DNA from: Eledone cirrhosa
Taxonomy: Eukaryota
DNA length: 64,000 bases
Assembly: GCA_964016885.1 (NCBI GenBank)
Contig: OZ024741.1
Coordinates: 71,858,001-71,922,000, forward strand
Direction: 5' to 3'
Position numbers and translations under genes: made by a program. The notes beneath the pieces are model-generated. The model saw only the letters and a list, made by a program, of their open reading frames with translations. It was not told the origin of the DNA and made no database searches. Shown here piece after piece: positions 1-12,534 of this stretch. Within the stretch, counting starts at the first letter, position 1, and each line of letters opens with the position of its first letter.

Positions 1-721
1 TTTGATAAAATATATCTATAAATCATTGTCATCCTTTTATGTCCATTTTTCCATGCCTGCACTGGCTGTGTGAAATAATAAACAAGTAAAAAAAATTCCT
101 TTGGCTTAAAATAAAATTGAATGAATTTCAAAAAATATAAAATAGATTTTAAAATAAAAGAAAATAAATTTAAAAAAATAAATGAATAAATAGTTTAGTT
201 GATAATGGAGTCATAGGAGAGTAAGAAGTGTAGAAATATAAAAAAAAAAATTTCAAATTGGTGTAAAATCTGAGTAGACAAAAAACAATGTCAAAAATTC
301 TTGCATCTGTGTACTCCTTATTAAATCTATAGGAACACATCTTATTCGGGGTGGCCATGGTCAGTTATGAAATAAAAACTTATTGGCATGTTTACATATG
401 CTGGAAACCTTCATTTTGGCATTTAAATATATCTTTGGATTCTGCAAACTTTTTATGATCAGTTTTTTCTCAGTAGTGCAGAGGCCACATCTTCAGTTGC
501 CACTTTCTTAAGACCTACATCTTTTAAGGATCATCCATTTTCATATTATAGTTTACAGCTTTTTCTTCTAAGAAGCTGTAACTCGAATTAATCTCTTAAC
601 TGCACAGCCATACTTGCACTCTCTTAACCACTATCTATCTATCTGTCTATCTGTGTGTGTGTGCGTGTGCTTGTTTAACCCTCCTAAAACTAATTTCTGT
701 CCTGACTCATTTCTATTTCAG

Positions 722-852
722 GGAAATTATTTAAGTCTAGTGAGCTGCCTGTTTTGGTGGAGTTTTTCCTCATGTTTCATACAGACAAACCCATAGACTG
801 GTTGCTTGACCACTACCTCACAGTTAAGATGTGTAATCCAGAGAAAGACAAT
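722..852 (+). CDS. MGAT4: MGAT4-family alpha-1,3-mannosyl-glycoprotein 4-beta-N-acetylglucosaminyltransferase, internal exon (gene starts upstream of window)
   Basis: ttctatttcAG acceptor and GTaagt donor. Translates (G)[43 protein letters not shown], matching the MGAT4A/B motif [18 protein letters not shown]....VCNPEKD. Confidence 0.93.
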
Positions 853-1529
853 GTAAGTTACATGATTTCTGTCAATCATATCTTTGTAGCTCTCTCTTCC
901 TTCTCCTCATCATTCTTATGTTCGTGTCTCCTCCCTAGATTTTCCTCTCCATTTTTATTGTCTTATTTTCAGACATCCTCCTCTCTCTCTTTCACCCACT
1001 CTACCTTCTCTCTCTCTTTCACCCACTCTCCCTTCTCTCTCTTTCACCCACTCTCCCTTCTCTCTCTTTCACCCACTCTCCCTTCTCTCTCATTTATTTA
1101 CAACTTTTACACACCTTTCTCTCTATACACCTGCTAAAGCCACACAGAAATTGTTTATAATGTCCATGGCTTTAGTATTCCTTTTTCACAAAGCAAAATT
1201 TGTTTATTTCAATCTTTGTGCATTTATAAAATTGTAAATGTATATATACATGTACAACATGGTTTTTTTTTTGTGCTTGTTTGTTTGTTTGTTAATATTC
1301 AGTTGTTTTTGTTCACTTATGTAAAAAATAGCAGATATAAATCTGAATGGGAACCCCATGGTGACACAATATTTTGTATGTATAATCAACATTTAATGTG
1401 TCCGATGCAGTGAGTGTGAATAGGATTATCCTAAAAAAAATTAGGATAATTTTTTTATATAGGTTTAAGTCTGATAAACAGCATTATAAGTGTCAGAGGA
1501 GTCTCCTACTAGAACCAAATCTTTAGGGA

Positions 1530-1701
1530 GGGGAAAGTCAATAAAATCAACCTTAGTACATTACAAGTGCTTTATTTTATTGACCCAGTAAGGATGAAAG
1601 GCAAAGCTATAACCTCGGCGGAATTTGAACTAAGAATGTTAAGGGCTATAAGTCTATGCTGCAAAGCATATTGTTTGACACTCTACCAATCCACTGCCCT
1701 T
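1530..1701 (-). mobile_element. tRNA-derived SINE (same family)
   Basis: Reverse complement of the family consensus. Confidence 0.8.
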
Positions 1702-2631
1702 ATATCAACTTAATAATTAGAAGATTAATTATATTACTAAATCCTTTCAAACTGCCCTAAACCTCCCTTGTTTCTATGATAAAAATCTGTACATTTTAAT
1801 ATGCTATATTTATCTAAAAACAATCCCTTACAATTTTATACAAGAACTTTTAAGTCACATTCCAAACAACAACAGCTAAGATCACGGATAAAATATGTTC
1901 ACAAACTCAGAGATGGAATGTCACAGACAGAATGTTTGAAAGTTAATATTTAAATGCTTTTAAAACCTTTTGATGATTTTTCAAAATTATTTGAAAATCA
2001 TAGGCAGTGACTTTCATTAGAAATATGATAATGAAAGGTTTAAGGGCACTGTCTCTCCTTCCCTGACTTACAAAAACAACTGGGATGTATTTAAGTGTGT
2101 GAGACAGACATATGTATAGGTTTCAGGTTTTCATTGTGAATGTCCTTGAAACAGAGCCTGCAAGATGTTTGGCAGTGAAACTGTGGGATGGGCATCCGAT
2201 ATTCTTCATCCCTTGGTGCTGCTTACATAAAGCACAACCAACTGAAACTACACTGTATTTTGATAATGAAGCTTTTGGGGTTCCACCCAGTTTGCACTGA
2301 CTGAGAAAGAAGATTGTTGTCTTCTTTAATGTTTAATGGTCTCATATCTTGGTAAGAGAGATAGTCTGTATAGTTGGCACAGATAGAACATATAAGAACT
2401 GTCAAAAAGCCTCTTGTGACCAACGCACATAAACATATACATACAAGTTTTCACATACACACACACATGCACTCACATATATAACTCCTTTAGTCAACAA
2501 ACAATCCATACACACATACTGATGTGATCACAGCTTCATATAATGTCTTCAAATACATCTATTATATATATTATATAAATACAAGTAAGGAGGAATGAAG
2601 TCAAGATTGCACCATAAATACATTTTATTAG

Positions 2632-2699
2632 CATATGACAATTGTTTCAATATTGATCAGCTCAGGTTCTGACTTTGCAACAACATCTCACTAGATATG
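2632..2699 (-). ncRNA. Hammerhead motif with mutated core (CTAGTGA)
   Basis: catat-CTAGTGA-gatgttg...caatatt-GAAA-caattg-TC-atatg, with perfect palindromic stem III ACAATTGT. Confidence 0.62.
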
Positions 2700-3307
2700 T
2701 GAGTTTGTAGGCACAGAACACATTCTCTCTCTCTCTCCCTCTCTCTCTCTCTCATAGAGAGGGATAGGCAGAGGAGATGTCACTAGTTAAGACCTGTAAG
2801 AACTTTATTTAACATGACGCTTAAGAAAAGTAAACTGGAGATATTATAAGGACTCTGTGCTTTATAGTTAAGCTTCTACCATTTTGATTGAAACCGTAGA
2901 AGCTTAACTCTAGGGCAAAGAATCCATGACTTCTACAGGAATAGAACTGTTTTATTCATTTGGAATGTCACTGTAGAAGTAATTTTTATGGGAAATATGT
3001 CCCTTCTCTATTAATGCATCAAATAACTTATTTAAATGTAGTTCCTATCTGTATGTATAAATAACCCACACTGTAAAGTGGTCATGAAGGTGTCATGACA
3101 AAAAGCACCCAGCATGCACTGTAAATATGGTGGGTGTTAGGAAGGACATCCAGCTGTATAAATCAAGCCAAAACGAGTCCTGTATGAGCAAGTCATGGTC
3201 ATCAGACCTGGCTTGTCTCACAATGGGGCAACTCGTCTAACCCATGCTAGCGTAGAAAATGGACGTTAAATGTGATGATGATGATGATGATGATATATAT
3301 AAATATG

Positions 3308-3338
<31 letters not shown>

Positions 3339-3357
3339 CATCACCGTTTGATATCCA

Positions 3358-3388
<31 letters not shown>

Positions 3389-3548
3389 TTGGATTTAATG
3401 CTCTGAAATAGCGATATATATGTGAAGACAAACATAGAATATTCGAAAATATTCTGTATGTTTATAATAAACAGTTTGAAGACCTAATCGCTATAGAATA
3501 GAATACGTCACGTATTACAATTTGAGATTCTCGATAAAAGCAAGGGAA

Positions 3549-3591
3549 GTAACCTACGCGTTTCATTCTTATTTGAAATCATCAGGATTAC
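3549..3591 (-). ncRNA. Type I hammerhead ribozyme motif (mirror copy)
   Basis: Reverse complement of 4061-4103. Confidence 0.82.
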
Positions 3592-4060
3592 ATATCCAAT
3601 GCTTTTATCGAGAATGACACAGCTAGAGACTTATAGAATACTTAGCTGTGTACAGGAACTGGTTTGAAAGAGCGGTTGCCGGTCCGGCAGAAATTAGAAT
3701 TTGGATTTAATGCTCTGAAATAGCGATATATATGTGAAGACAAACATAGAATATTCGAAAATATTCTGTATGTTTATAATAAACATTTTGAAGACCTAAT
3801 CGCTATAGAATAGAATACGTCACGTATTACAATTTGAGATTCTCTATAGCGATTAGGTCTTCAAAATGTTTATTATAAACATACAGAATATTTTCGAATA
3901 TTCTATGTTTGTCTTCACATATATATCGCTATTTCAGAGCATTAAATCCAAATTCTAATTTCTGCCGGACCGGCAACCGCTCTTTCAAACCAGTTCCTGT
4001 ACACAGCTAAGTATTCTATAAGTCTCTAGCTGTGTCATTCTCGATAAAAGCATTGGATAT

Positions 4061-4103
4061 GTAATCCTGATGATTTCAAATAAGAATGAAACGCGTAGGT
4101 TAC
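4061..4103 (+). ncRNA. Type I hammerhead ribozyme motif
   Basis: gtaatc-CTGATGA-tttc aaataa gaat-GAAA-cgcg-TA-ggttac. Stem I is extended by a 16-bp helix (4037-4052/4110-4125). Predicted cleavage after A4097. Confidence 0.82.
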
Positions 4104-4771
4104 TTCCCTTGCTTTTATCGAGAATCTCAAATTGTAATACGTGACGTATTCTATTCTATAGCGATTAGGTCTTCAAAATGTTTATTATAAACATACAGAA
4201 TATTTTCGAATATTCTATGTTTGTCTTCACATATATATATATATATGTATGTATGTATATTCTCTGTCTATTTCACCTTCTCTTCCTCACTTTGCCTTCA
4301 GCCTGCATTCCTGTTCTCTTCTCTTTTCTTGTTCTCATTTACTCTGTCTGCTCCTTCCATGTTGTGCCTGTCTATATAGGACATAGGTTCAAACAAACAA
4401 TTATTTTCATTAATATTTATATATTCTCTGTCTCTTCTCACTTCGCCTTCTGTGCATACTTTCTCTTCTTGGCTCATATACTGGGTTTTGTTTATCTCTT
4501 TCTAATTGCTGCACATTGGTTTGTGACAAAATAATTTATTTGTAAATAATTGAAAGAGTAATCGTCTTGTCTTGTCTCGATTTGCTACTGTCCCCATGTG
4601 CACTGGAGCTAGTGGTATCAACCTTAAAGCACTGAAACTACAACAAGCTCCAGCAGTCAACTGATGAAAAAGGACTGTCCTGTGTTTCATTCATTTTTCT
4701 GTTGTCTTCATCCACCTTTTTTTAAAATTCATTTTGTATGATCTTAGCCATGCAGGACACTTTTAAAATGT

Positions 4772-4772
<1 letters not shown>

Positions 4773-4803
<31 letters not shown>

Positions 4804-5240
4804 GGGGGGGGGGTTATATATGAGTGTGTGTGTATGTATATATATATATATGTATGTGTGTGTATGTATATATATGTGTGTATGAATGTATATATATGAA
4901 TGTTTGTGTATGTGTGTATATATATGTGTGTATGTATATATATGTGTGTATGTATATATATGTGTGTATGAATGTATATATATGAATGTTTGTGTATGTG
5001 TGTATATATATATGTGTGTGTGTGTGTGTATATATATGTGTGTGTGTGTTTGTATATGTGCATGTGTGTGTATGTGAGTGTGTGTGTGCGTGTGTTTATG
5101 TGTGTGTGTATGTATATATATGTGTGTGTGTATGTATGTATATATATATGTATGTTTGTGTGTGTGTATATATATATATGTGTGTGTGTGTATATATATA
5201 TGCGAGTGTGTATATAGATAGATAGATAGATAGATAGTTA
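4773..5240. repeat. Compound (TA)n/(TG)n/(GATA)n microsatellite
   Basis: Seen directly. Confidence 0.95.
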
Positions 5241-5290
5241 GATATATGTGTATGTGTGTCTATAATATGTGTGCATATATTACATTCCAG

Positions 5291-5398
5291 AAACATTGTT
5301 CCAGAATGAAGGAGGAAGTCCGCAGAAGATATAAGCCTTCTCTCTTTCAACATATCGGGATGCAGTCTTCTTTGAAGGGCAAAGTTCAGAAATTACAA
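5291..5398 (+). CDS. MGAT4: MGAT4 internal exon
   Basis: ttccAG/GTgagt, 108 nt, phase 0-0. [36 protein letters not shown] contains the GT54 PSLFQH.G..SSL.GK.QKL motif. Confidence 0.95.
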
Positions 5399-5708
5399 GT
5401 GAGTAATCACAGAATGGCACACCAGAAGCAGGCACCCATTATTTTGATAGGGTGAGAGAGGTAGTGTGGTGGTGGTGGTAGTGGTTAACATTATGGTGAT
5501 GGTGGTATTTTTAACAGTGAATAAACTTATAAATGTGATGTTTTGTGGTGGGTCATATATATTTCAAATTTTAAGACAGGAGTAATTGGTGGAGGGTTTG
5601 GTTGTTAATTCTGGTGAGATTTTGTTGGTGGTGTTAGTGTAGTGTGGTGTGGTAATGTTGGGTAATAGTGTTTTGTGGTAAAGATGATGATGACAACATA
5701 CGTATATA

Positions 5709-5850
5709 TACTGTATTTTTCTGGTGTATAAAACATGTTTTTATTTTTTAGATTTATGTCAAATTTGCCCGTAGTTGTTACACTAAATAAAACTTTTAAC
5801 TATTATAACTTTTTTCTTCAAAATAAGGGTGTGTCTTATAGCTAAAAAAA
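5709..5850. mobile_element. Decayed pogo/Tigger-like MITE
   Basis: tactgtattttttctggtgtataaaacatg...gggtgtgtcttatagctaaaaa resembles the TACCGTATTTTTCG...GGGTGCGTCTTATA...CGGTA MITE termini. Confidence 0.4.
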
Positions 5851-6951
5851 AAAAATATATATATATATCTCATCATTGTTATTTAACTTCTGTTTTCTTT
5901 GGTAGTAATGGTTGGGTGGGCCACCATACACCAAGTGAGTATTTAATCTAAGGAGGTGGTATAGAGAAGAGGCATCTTACTTACATACATTTCCAAATTC
6001 CACAGGATGCATCAGGTGCATTTTATCATAGTACCAGCACTAGGAAAGTATTCACATCTTTGATACAACTGAAGTGTCTTCTTATCCTTTTGTCAGTTTT
6101 CTACAGCTGGATACCCTTCCTATTGCCAACCACTTTACAGAATGTACTGGCTGTGTTTAGTGTGTCACAAACACTAGAGAGGTTGTCATGAAGAGTCTTA
6201 TTGACCCTTTTCTGGTATGGTTTCTAATATGAATAACATTACTTTATATATTTAGGGTTACAATACATTTTAAGTTTCTATATCATTCTATATATTTGAA
6301 GTTTATATATAACTATATATAGTTATTCATTAAGTTGTGTATATCCTGTTGTAGAGTCTTATGAATTTTCTGTCAGAAACTTATTACTTCTAACAGAAAT
6401 GATCAACTATAGTAATGCACCATAATATATATATTTGTATATTTATATATATATTATTTTCTGTAACTTTTCAAAATTTACACACACAAACATTCACCCA
6501 CCCACCCACATACATACAATGCATTTTCTATCTCAGTCATGTTGCTACAATATAAAGTTCATTTTTCAATCACAAGGTCCAGGATTCTAACCTTACATTT
6601 GTCCCTGTAAATAGTTATTTTTCCAAAGTTACTCAGACATTTAATCCTGTATGCTGTTTGTACATATATACTGAACATTTATGTAATTATATCCTAGAAA
6701 TATATTATAAAATATCATTCTTATTTCTTATCACTTCCACATGTCAGTAATCAACATAAACAAAACAGTTTCTTTAATGCAAACCATTAATTTATCAAAA
6801 TGCAGTTTGTATATCCAGTAATCCTGTTGTATATGGCATACCAATCCTGAGCTCCATAAATTATATATGATCTATTCTATTGCTGTCATTATTGGTGACA
6901 GGGGTTAATTAGCCTACTATACAATCTGATGTGTCTTTTGTTTCTTTCCAG

Positions 6952-7145
6952 GACAAATATTTTGGTAAACAAGGACTGTATCGTGCTCATGCCAACCCAC
7001 ATGCAACTGTAAGCACCACATTGAAAACATACCAGCAGTTCACATTACAGAAAGCCTACCTGGGAGAGACATTCTTCTGGGGTATCAGTCCGCATCCTAA
7101 AGATGTGGTGAGGTTTGAATTTACACCACCTGTTGTTCTGGAAAA
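6952..7145 (+). CDS. MGAT4: MGAT4 internal exon (start of C-terminal lectin domain)
   Basis: ttctttccAG/GTaagt, 194 nt, phase 0-2. DKYFGKQGLYRAHANPHATVSTTLKTYQQFTLQKAYLGETFFWG...VVLE. Confidence 0.95.
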
Positions 7146-7506
7146 GTAAGTGGTCTTTTGATTTCTCTGCCTGTCTCTGTGTTTATATGTCTTAGTCATT
7201 CGTCTTAACATTTTGACTCCCACCTGACTCTGTCCAATATTAATATATCGTGCTTTTCATATTCATATATATATAATTTTGTTTAATTCTCCATATGGGG
7301 TACAAATAGCATGACATATGCCGAAAATATTATTTTAGCATTTTAGAAAAAAAATGTTCCCCTAAACCGTAAGTATTATAGTGTAATGAATAAGAACACA
7401 GTTAAATTATCCTTTTCTGCTACACCAAATTTAGCTGAGTATTTGGCTTTTAATAACCACAGAAAATTATATGAATATAAATCAGAACATACAGTTCCTC
7501 TAGACC

Positions 7507-7692
7507 ATAATTGTCTCTACTTTTAGCACAAGGCCAGCAATTACCCAAGTATATTACTGGTGCTTTATTCTATCGACCCCGTAAGGATAAAAAGCAAAGT
7601 TAACCTTGGCAGGATTTGAACTCAGGACGCAAAGGGCCATAACTCTATGCTGCAAGGCATGGTGTCTGACGCTCTACCAATACTGCCACCAT
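7507..7692 (-). mobile_element. tRNA-derived SINE (same family)
   Basis: Reverse complement of the family consensus. Confidence 0.82.
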
Positions 7693-8862
7693 CCCACGGT
7701 TTTGGATGAGTTTTATAGCAGCAACGATATTGATGATAGTAATGAAGTGATTTATGATGCTGATAACACTCTTAGACTAATTCTAATGACACTTTATCTA
7801 ACCATTGTAAAGCAATAAATAGACCTCCCAATACTAATATTCCAGTAGCTAATTATAATTGTAGGGTCCCTGATTCTTACCCACTTACAAATAATGTTGT
7901 CTATAAGCATGGGGTTTCAACATATAATAAATCATATAAGTACATAGGTGCAACTGAAAATAATTTTAAAACCCAATTTTATTCATGTTTACATTCTTTT
8001 AAGAATGAAAAATTAAAAAAATGCTACTTTCTTAGCTAAATTAATCTAGGACAAAAAAGTGACAATATACGATACTCTATTAAGTGGGATATTATTAATT
8101 CTGCAAAACCTTATGGAGGTGTCGAACTAAGTGTAATCTTTGTCTGATGTAAACATTTGAATTATTACTTTGAAAATTATCCTTCTCAACTCTAGAAATG
8201 AGATAATCCCTTATTGTCCACATAGAACTTTTCATTCTTTCTTTTTCAAAATACTTGACCCTGATTAAATATATCTATTAACATCCTTGCTTAAGTATTT
8301 AATAACACCTTGAATATTAGTCTCATGTATTTTTTATACATAGCTTCTAGGTTAAACTATCTTATAAATCTTTATCTGTTACCCCTCATAGACCTATTTG
8401 ATGACCTTTGATTATTAATTCATATATATACATTTCTATCTATGTATGTATATAATTGTATGTGTGTATATATGTATGTCTGTATATATATATATATATG
8501 ATGATGGCTGCAACTCAGTTTTGAATAATGCCATTGCTTGATACTTAAGCATGAGCATCACGGATGTGGCTTTTTAGTCCTGCTAGGGACTTGCCTACGG
8601 CCGGCAATACCATGCATCACAAAAAATATCACATATCAAGCGATGCCTGTGCTTGAAGCTTTTTTAAATGTGGAAAGGCTTTGCACTGGGCCAATCCCAC
8701 TCTGAATATCGAACACATTTGCCCCCCAAAATAGAACTGGTCTACATCATTAGATGCAGATGAAATTGCAGGTTTTATGTCAGAGTGATCTACTCCTAGA
8801 GAGATGTCTCAATGAAGACTAGGAGTCTCTCGCTCCACAAAATAAAAACATATATATATATA

Positions 8863-9779
8863 CTAGCAGTGTATCCTGGCGTTGCACGAGTAAGAACATT
8901 GGTAATAATACCTCCAATGAGAAACATTTATTTGTGAGTGCCTGTTAAAAACTAACGAAAATATACCGACAGGAAACTTGTTTTATGTGGAGAAAATTAA
9001 GAAGTTGAAAGTACAGTTTAGCTGTCTACGTGCATTGTTCATAGAAATATTGTTGAGCCCCTTCTTTTCATACTCCTCTGTTTTGGCCTTTTGGAGTAAA
9101 TGTGAAAGAGAAAGTCAAAGGTTAAGTTGGCAGAAGGTTCCAGTGTCATAGCAGTAAGGTGTAGGCTACTTACCTCAAAAGTTCATTCGCACTATTTCCA
9201 TTAAGTTACTCGTTCTCTCTATCCCTCTCGGTGCAGTCCCTTACGAATTTCTCGCGTAGGCCTGGTGTAGATTTGCATCTGATCCATCTACCCGGTGCAC
9301 ATGTCCACTTTGTACGGCTTTTTGAGGAAGGAGTGACCAGAAGTACGTTCTTCGATATTATTATGAAAAGGTGTAGCAGAGAATCCCGCGTGAACTAACA
9401 GCTCGGGAGGAAACTGCTTACCTCGAAGATTCATTCGCCATCGTTCTTGTCAACGCTCCGTTTACTTGGTATTTGTTGGTCTACAGTTAGATGAATGGCG
9501 CACAAAGGGTTAATGTTTATTGGCAAGAAGTTTTTTGAATAATAAAAGATGGGTTAAAGCGACCTACAATGTATCTGTGTGTATATATATATATATATAC
9601 ACAGATACATACATATATATATATGTGTGTGTGTGTGTGTGTATGTACACATATATATGTGTGTGTGTGTGTATGTATGTATATATATATATGTGTGTGT
9701 GTGTATATACATATATTTTTATGTGTATATGTGTTTGTATATATATATATATATATATGTATATATGTGTTGTGTATGT

Positions 9780-9813
<34 letters not shown>

Positions 9814-9824
9814 AAGTATATATG

Positions 9825-9856
<32 letters not shown>

Positions 9857-10149
9857 AATGTAGCGAAGATAATACATCAGCAATGACGTGTTCATCAGAA
9901 TGTCGTTATGCAGAAAGCCAGACATACAGACAGATATTATAAGGGTTCGATGGAGATCGATAACAGGCGCCTAACATGCCTTTAACAACAGAAAATTGAA
10001 AAATAAAAGCTACAGTTAGTATCTTTAGACTGCAAGAAATATATAAATGCAAGTTTGAAGTCAATCGGAGTAGAAATGTGGATTTGTATAGGCTTTGCAA
10101 AAATGAGGACACACACACAGACAACAACAGTTTTATATATATGTATAGA
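8863..10149 (-). mobile_element. Non-autonomous Helitron-like element
   Basis: Minus strand begins a|TCTATACATATATATAAAACTG at 10149 and ends at a decayed hairpin ctcgtgcaacgccagg...gCTAG|t at 8863. Internal microsatellite. The two termini may belong to separate copies. Confidence 0.6.
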
Positions 10150-10726
10150 TATATCATCATCAACGTTTAACGTCAATTTTTCCACACTTGCATGGGTTAG
10201 ATGGATTGTTCACGCTGGGAGGCATGTCTGGCCAGAGTTGACCATGTGTCACACCTTGCTCCGGCAAGGACTATAAATTTGGATGAGTATTTTATAGTTG
10301 GATGCCCTTCCTAATACCAGCCACACGAGGATTGGGCGTTTCCATCATGAGCTTGTTTATTATGAATTTTATTTTCCAGTCAGTGATATTTGGTGTGTGG
10401 TGGTGTGTAGGTGATGTGGTTAGGTTTCCAAGATGGCGTTCTGCTTTTTCATTGGACTGTACTATGGTGGTGAGTGGAAGAGGGTTGGTGGGGAAAATGT
10501 TTATAAAAGATCAGGATGTTAAGTTTGTTAAGGGGACATTTAAAAAAAAATTTGGAATAGAAAATTTGTCTCACCGAGGTGCTGCTAAATAAATGGAGCC
10601 TGGCACTGGATGAGGGGTGACAGACCAGTTGGCCATGCAGGACCCTTCTCACAGAGGCACCCCAGTTTTGGAGCTGGGCACTCTCCACCATGAGGAGAGA
10701 CAGGCCAGTTGGCTGCACCGAACTTA

Positions 10727-10764
<38 letters not shown>

Positions 10765-10888
10765 GTAGGAGGTGAGTTTTACTGTAGCACAATAAAGCAA
10801 TGCAAATATCGGATAAGTAGCACTCAACAGTTTATTGGACTGGAGTATATATAAGAAGAAATTAAAAGATGGTTAAGAATGTTCCATG

Positions 10889-10959
10889 TATTTTATTATG
10901 CACATTTCAAAAACAAATATCATCCTGGGACGATATTTGCGTTCTCATCAGATAAAATA
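10889..10959 (-). ncRNA. Type I hammerhead ribozyme motif
   Basis: tattttat-CTGATGA-(about 16-bp stem II)-GAAA-tgtgca-TA-ataaaata, with an 8-bp stem I. Confidence 0.82.
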
Positions 10960-11159
10960 GGGAGACATGATATGAAGCTTAAAAAAAACACTTGTGAGCA
11001 AGGTAGTGTCTAAACAACATACATGTTGTCAGCCACCACCTTTAAAATTCATAGCTAAAGGCTTTCAAATGTTTATTCATAAAACTATTGTATATTATTT
11101 GACACACAGACTTTACATATGTATATATATATATATATATATATAAATTTCTTTGACAG

Positions 11160-11415
11160 ATTTTTGTTCCGTAGTGGAAATGTGGAACACCCTGGAGACA
11201 AGTTTTTTGACACCATTGTGGAAATATTTCCAGTATCGCATGAACACCTAAAAGATGGAGAGCCATACCCGATGATTAACCGGGGTTACTACCAGGTAGC
11301 CCACTTCAATGTTGATGGCATTGCTGAGGGTACAATCAAAGACAATATTGGCCCTATCAAGACTCTTCGACTCCACTGTCAAGTCAAAAGTGATAGCTGG
11401 GCAATACTGAGTGAA
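11160..11415 (+). CDS. MGAT4: MGAT4 internal exon (lectin domain)
   Basis: ttgacAG/GTaagt, 256 nt, phase compatible with the previous exon. FLFRSGNVEHPGDKFFDTIVEIFP...GIAEGTIKDNIGPIKTLRL...WAILSE. Confidence 0.95.
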
Positions 11416-12534
11416 GTAAGTAAAACAGTTCTTTGTATTGTTGATGTTGTTATAATTGTTGCTGCTGTTGTTACTACTGTTGCTGCTGCTGTTGTTGTTA
11501 CTGTTGTTGCTGTTGCATTTGTTCTGGCTTTCCAAACTTATCATGGTCAACTTTGACTTCCTTCCTTTCGGGGTCAGGTTAATAAAATAAAGTGTTAGTC
11601 TAGGTCAGTAGATTGGTGGAATTGTTAGAGTGTTGTGCAAAACAGTCTGTGGTGTTATTTCTGGCTATCTGTACTCTGAGTTTAAATCCTGCTGTAGCTA
11701 TTTGGATGGTAGACTTAATACATTGCTTTGCCTAACACCACTACATGACCCTTGGGTGATTTTAGCAGAGTCTATTCTTTTACAATCATTTGGGCCAGAT
11801 CTCCACTTTGAGGACACATTCCTTCCTCTCACCTAATAGTCTCAAAGGCCTTTAAAATGTCAATGTCTTATTTACCAAACAGCTATCTCTCTAAATATAT
11901 ATGTCTTGTTGATGCCATCATGTCCCCAGTTTGTAAGTAATACACTAATATAGGATCAGTTATCAAAGTGTTCATCTGCTAGCTGAAGTTAGCTCTGTGC
12001 TTTCTCTCTTTCTCTCTGTTTTCTGGCAGAGTTATGTGTTGGTATAGCTGGTTACTAGTTTTCATATCAGATTTATGATTATATATACATATGTAAGTAA
12101 GTGTGTATAGGAAAAGAGTCAGGACCCCGACGGCTGATATATATATATATATCTTAGTTCATTTTGTGGTAGGAATGGTTCGAAGAACTGTTTAGTTTCA
12201 TTTTGAATATTGACATGAGATTAGGATCTCCTATCTTTGTTTATATAGCGATGGCCACTAACTGTCATAGACTTAGCTGTTTATTTTTGGTTATCTCTAA
12301 TATAGGGGTTTGAGAAGGCTAGGTGCTGGGGTGAGAATGAGAAAAAGTATTTAATATTGAAGAAAGATGGTTAACTTTTACAGTGGATGCAACTAACAAC
12401 TTCTGAATAACAACCCATTAGAGCAAAAGAAGTCAATGGACCTCTGTCAGATTCAACAATGGGTGTTTCAGCTGTTTGATCAATAAAATAGCTTATCCAT
12501 TAAATTAACATAGAATTTGCTGAGTATTCCACAT

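Larger units (their letters stand above)
3388..4237. mobile_element. HHR-bearing tandem plus inverted element (312-bp monomer), Penelope pLTR/retrozyme-like
   Basis: Direct repeat starts at 3388 and 3700. Inverted arms about 3415-3809 and 3843-4237 are near-identical. One HHR per full monomer, flanked by (TA)n. Confidence 0.8.

Noticed and set aside
853-1137. Ser/Leu/Phe-rich continuation of ORF 754-1137
   Set aside because: Intron read-through into a CT-rich minisatellite after the donor at 853.
4661-4667. CTGATGA heptamer (also 9892-9898 minus, 34760, 34842, 59929)
   Set aside because: No correctly placed GAAA, stem III or stem I partner, so not counted as hammerheads.
4722-5353. Many ORFs rich in Y/I/V/C/H/T (also at 9.5-9.9, 25.5-26.9 and 48.2-48.7 kb)
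   Set aside because: They are translations of (TA)n/(TG)n microsatellites with no coding signal.
11416-11556. Hydrophobic V/A-rich extension of the MGAT4 exon ORF that looks like a TM anchor
   Set aside because: It lies past a strong GTAAGT donor and is a (GTT/GCT)n repeat. The proper C-terminus is at 15020-15046.
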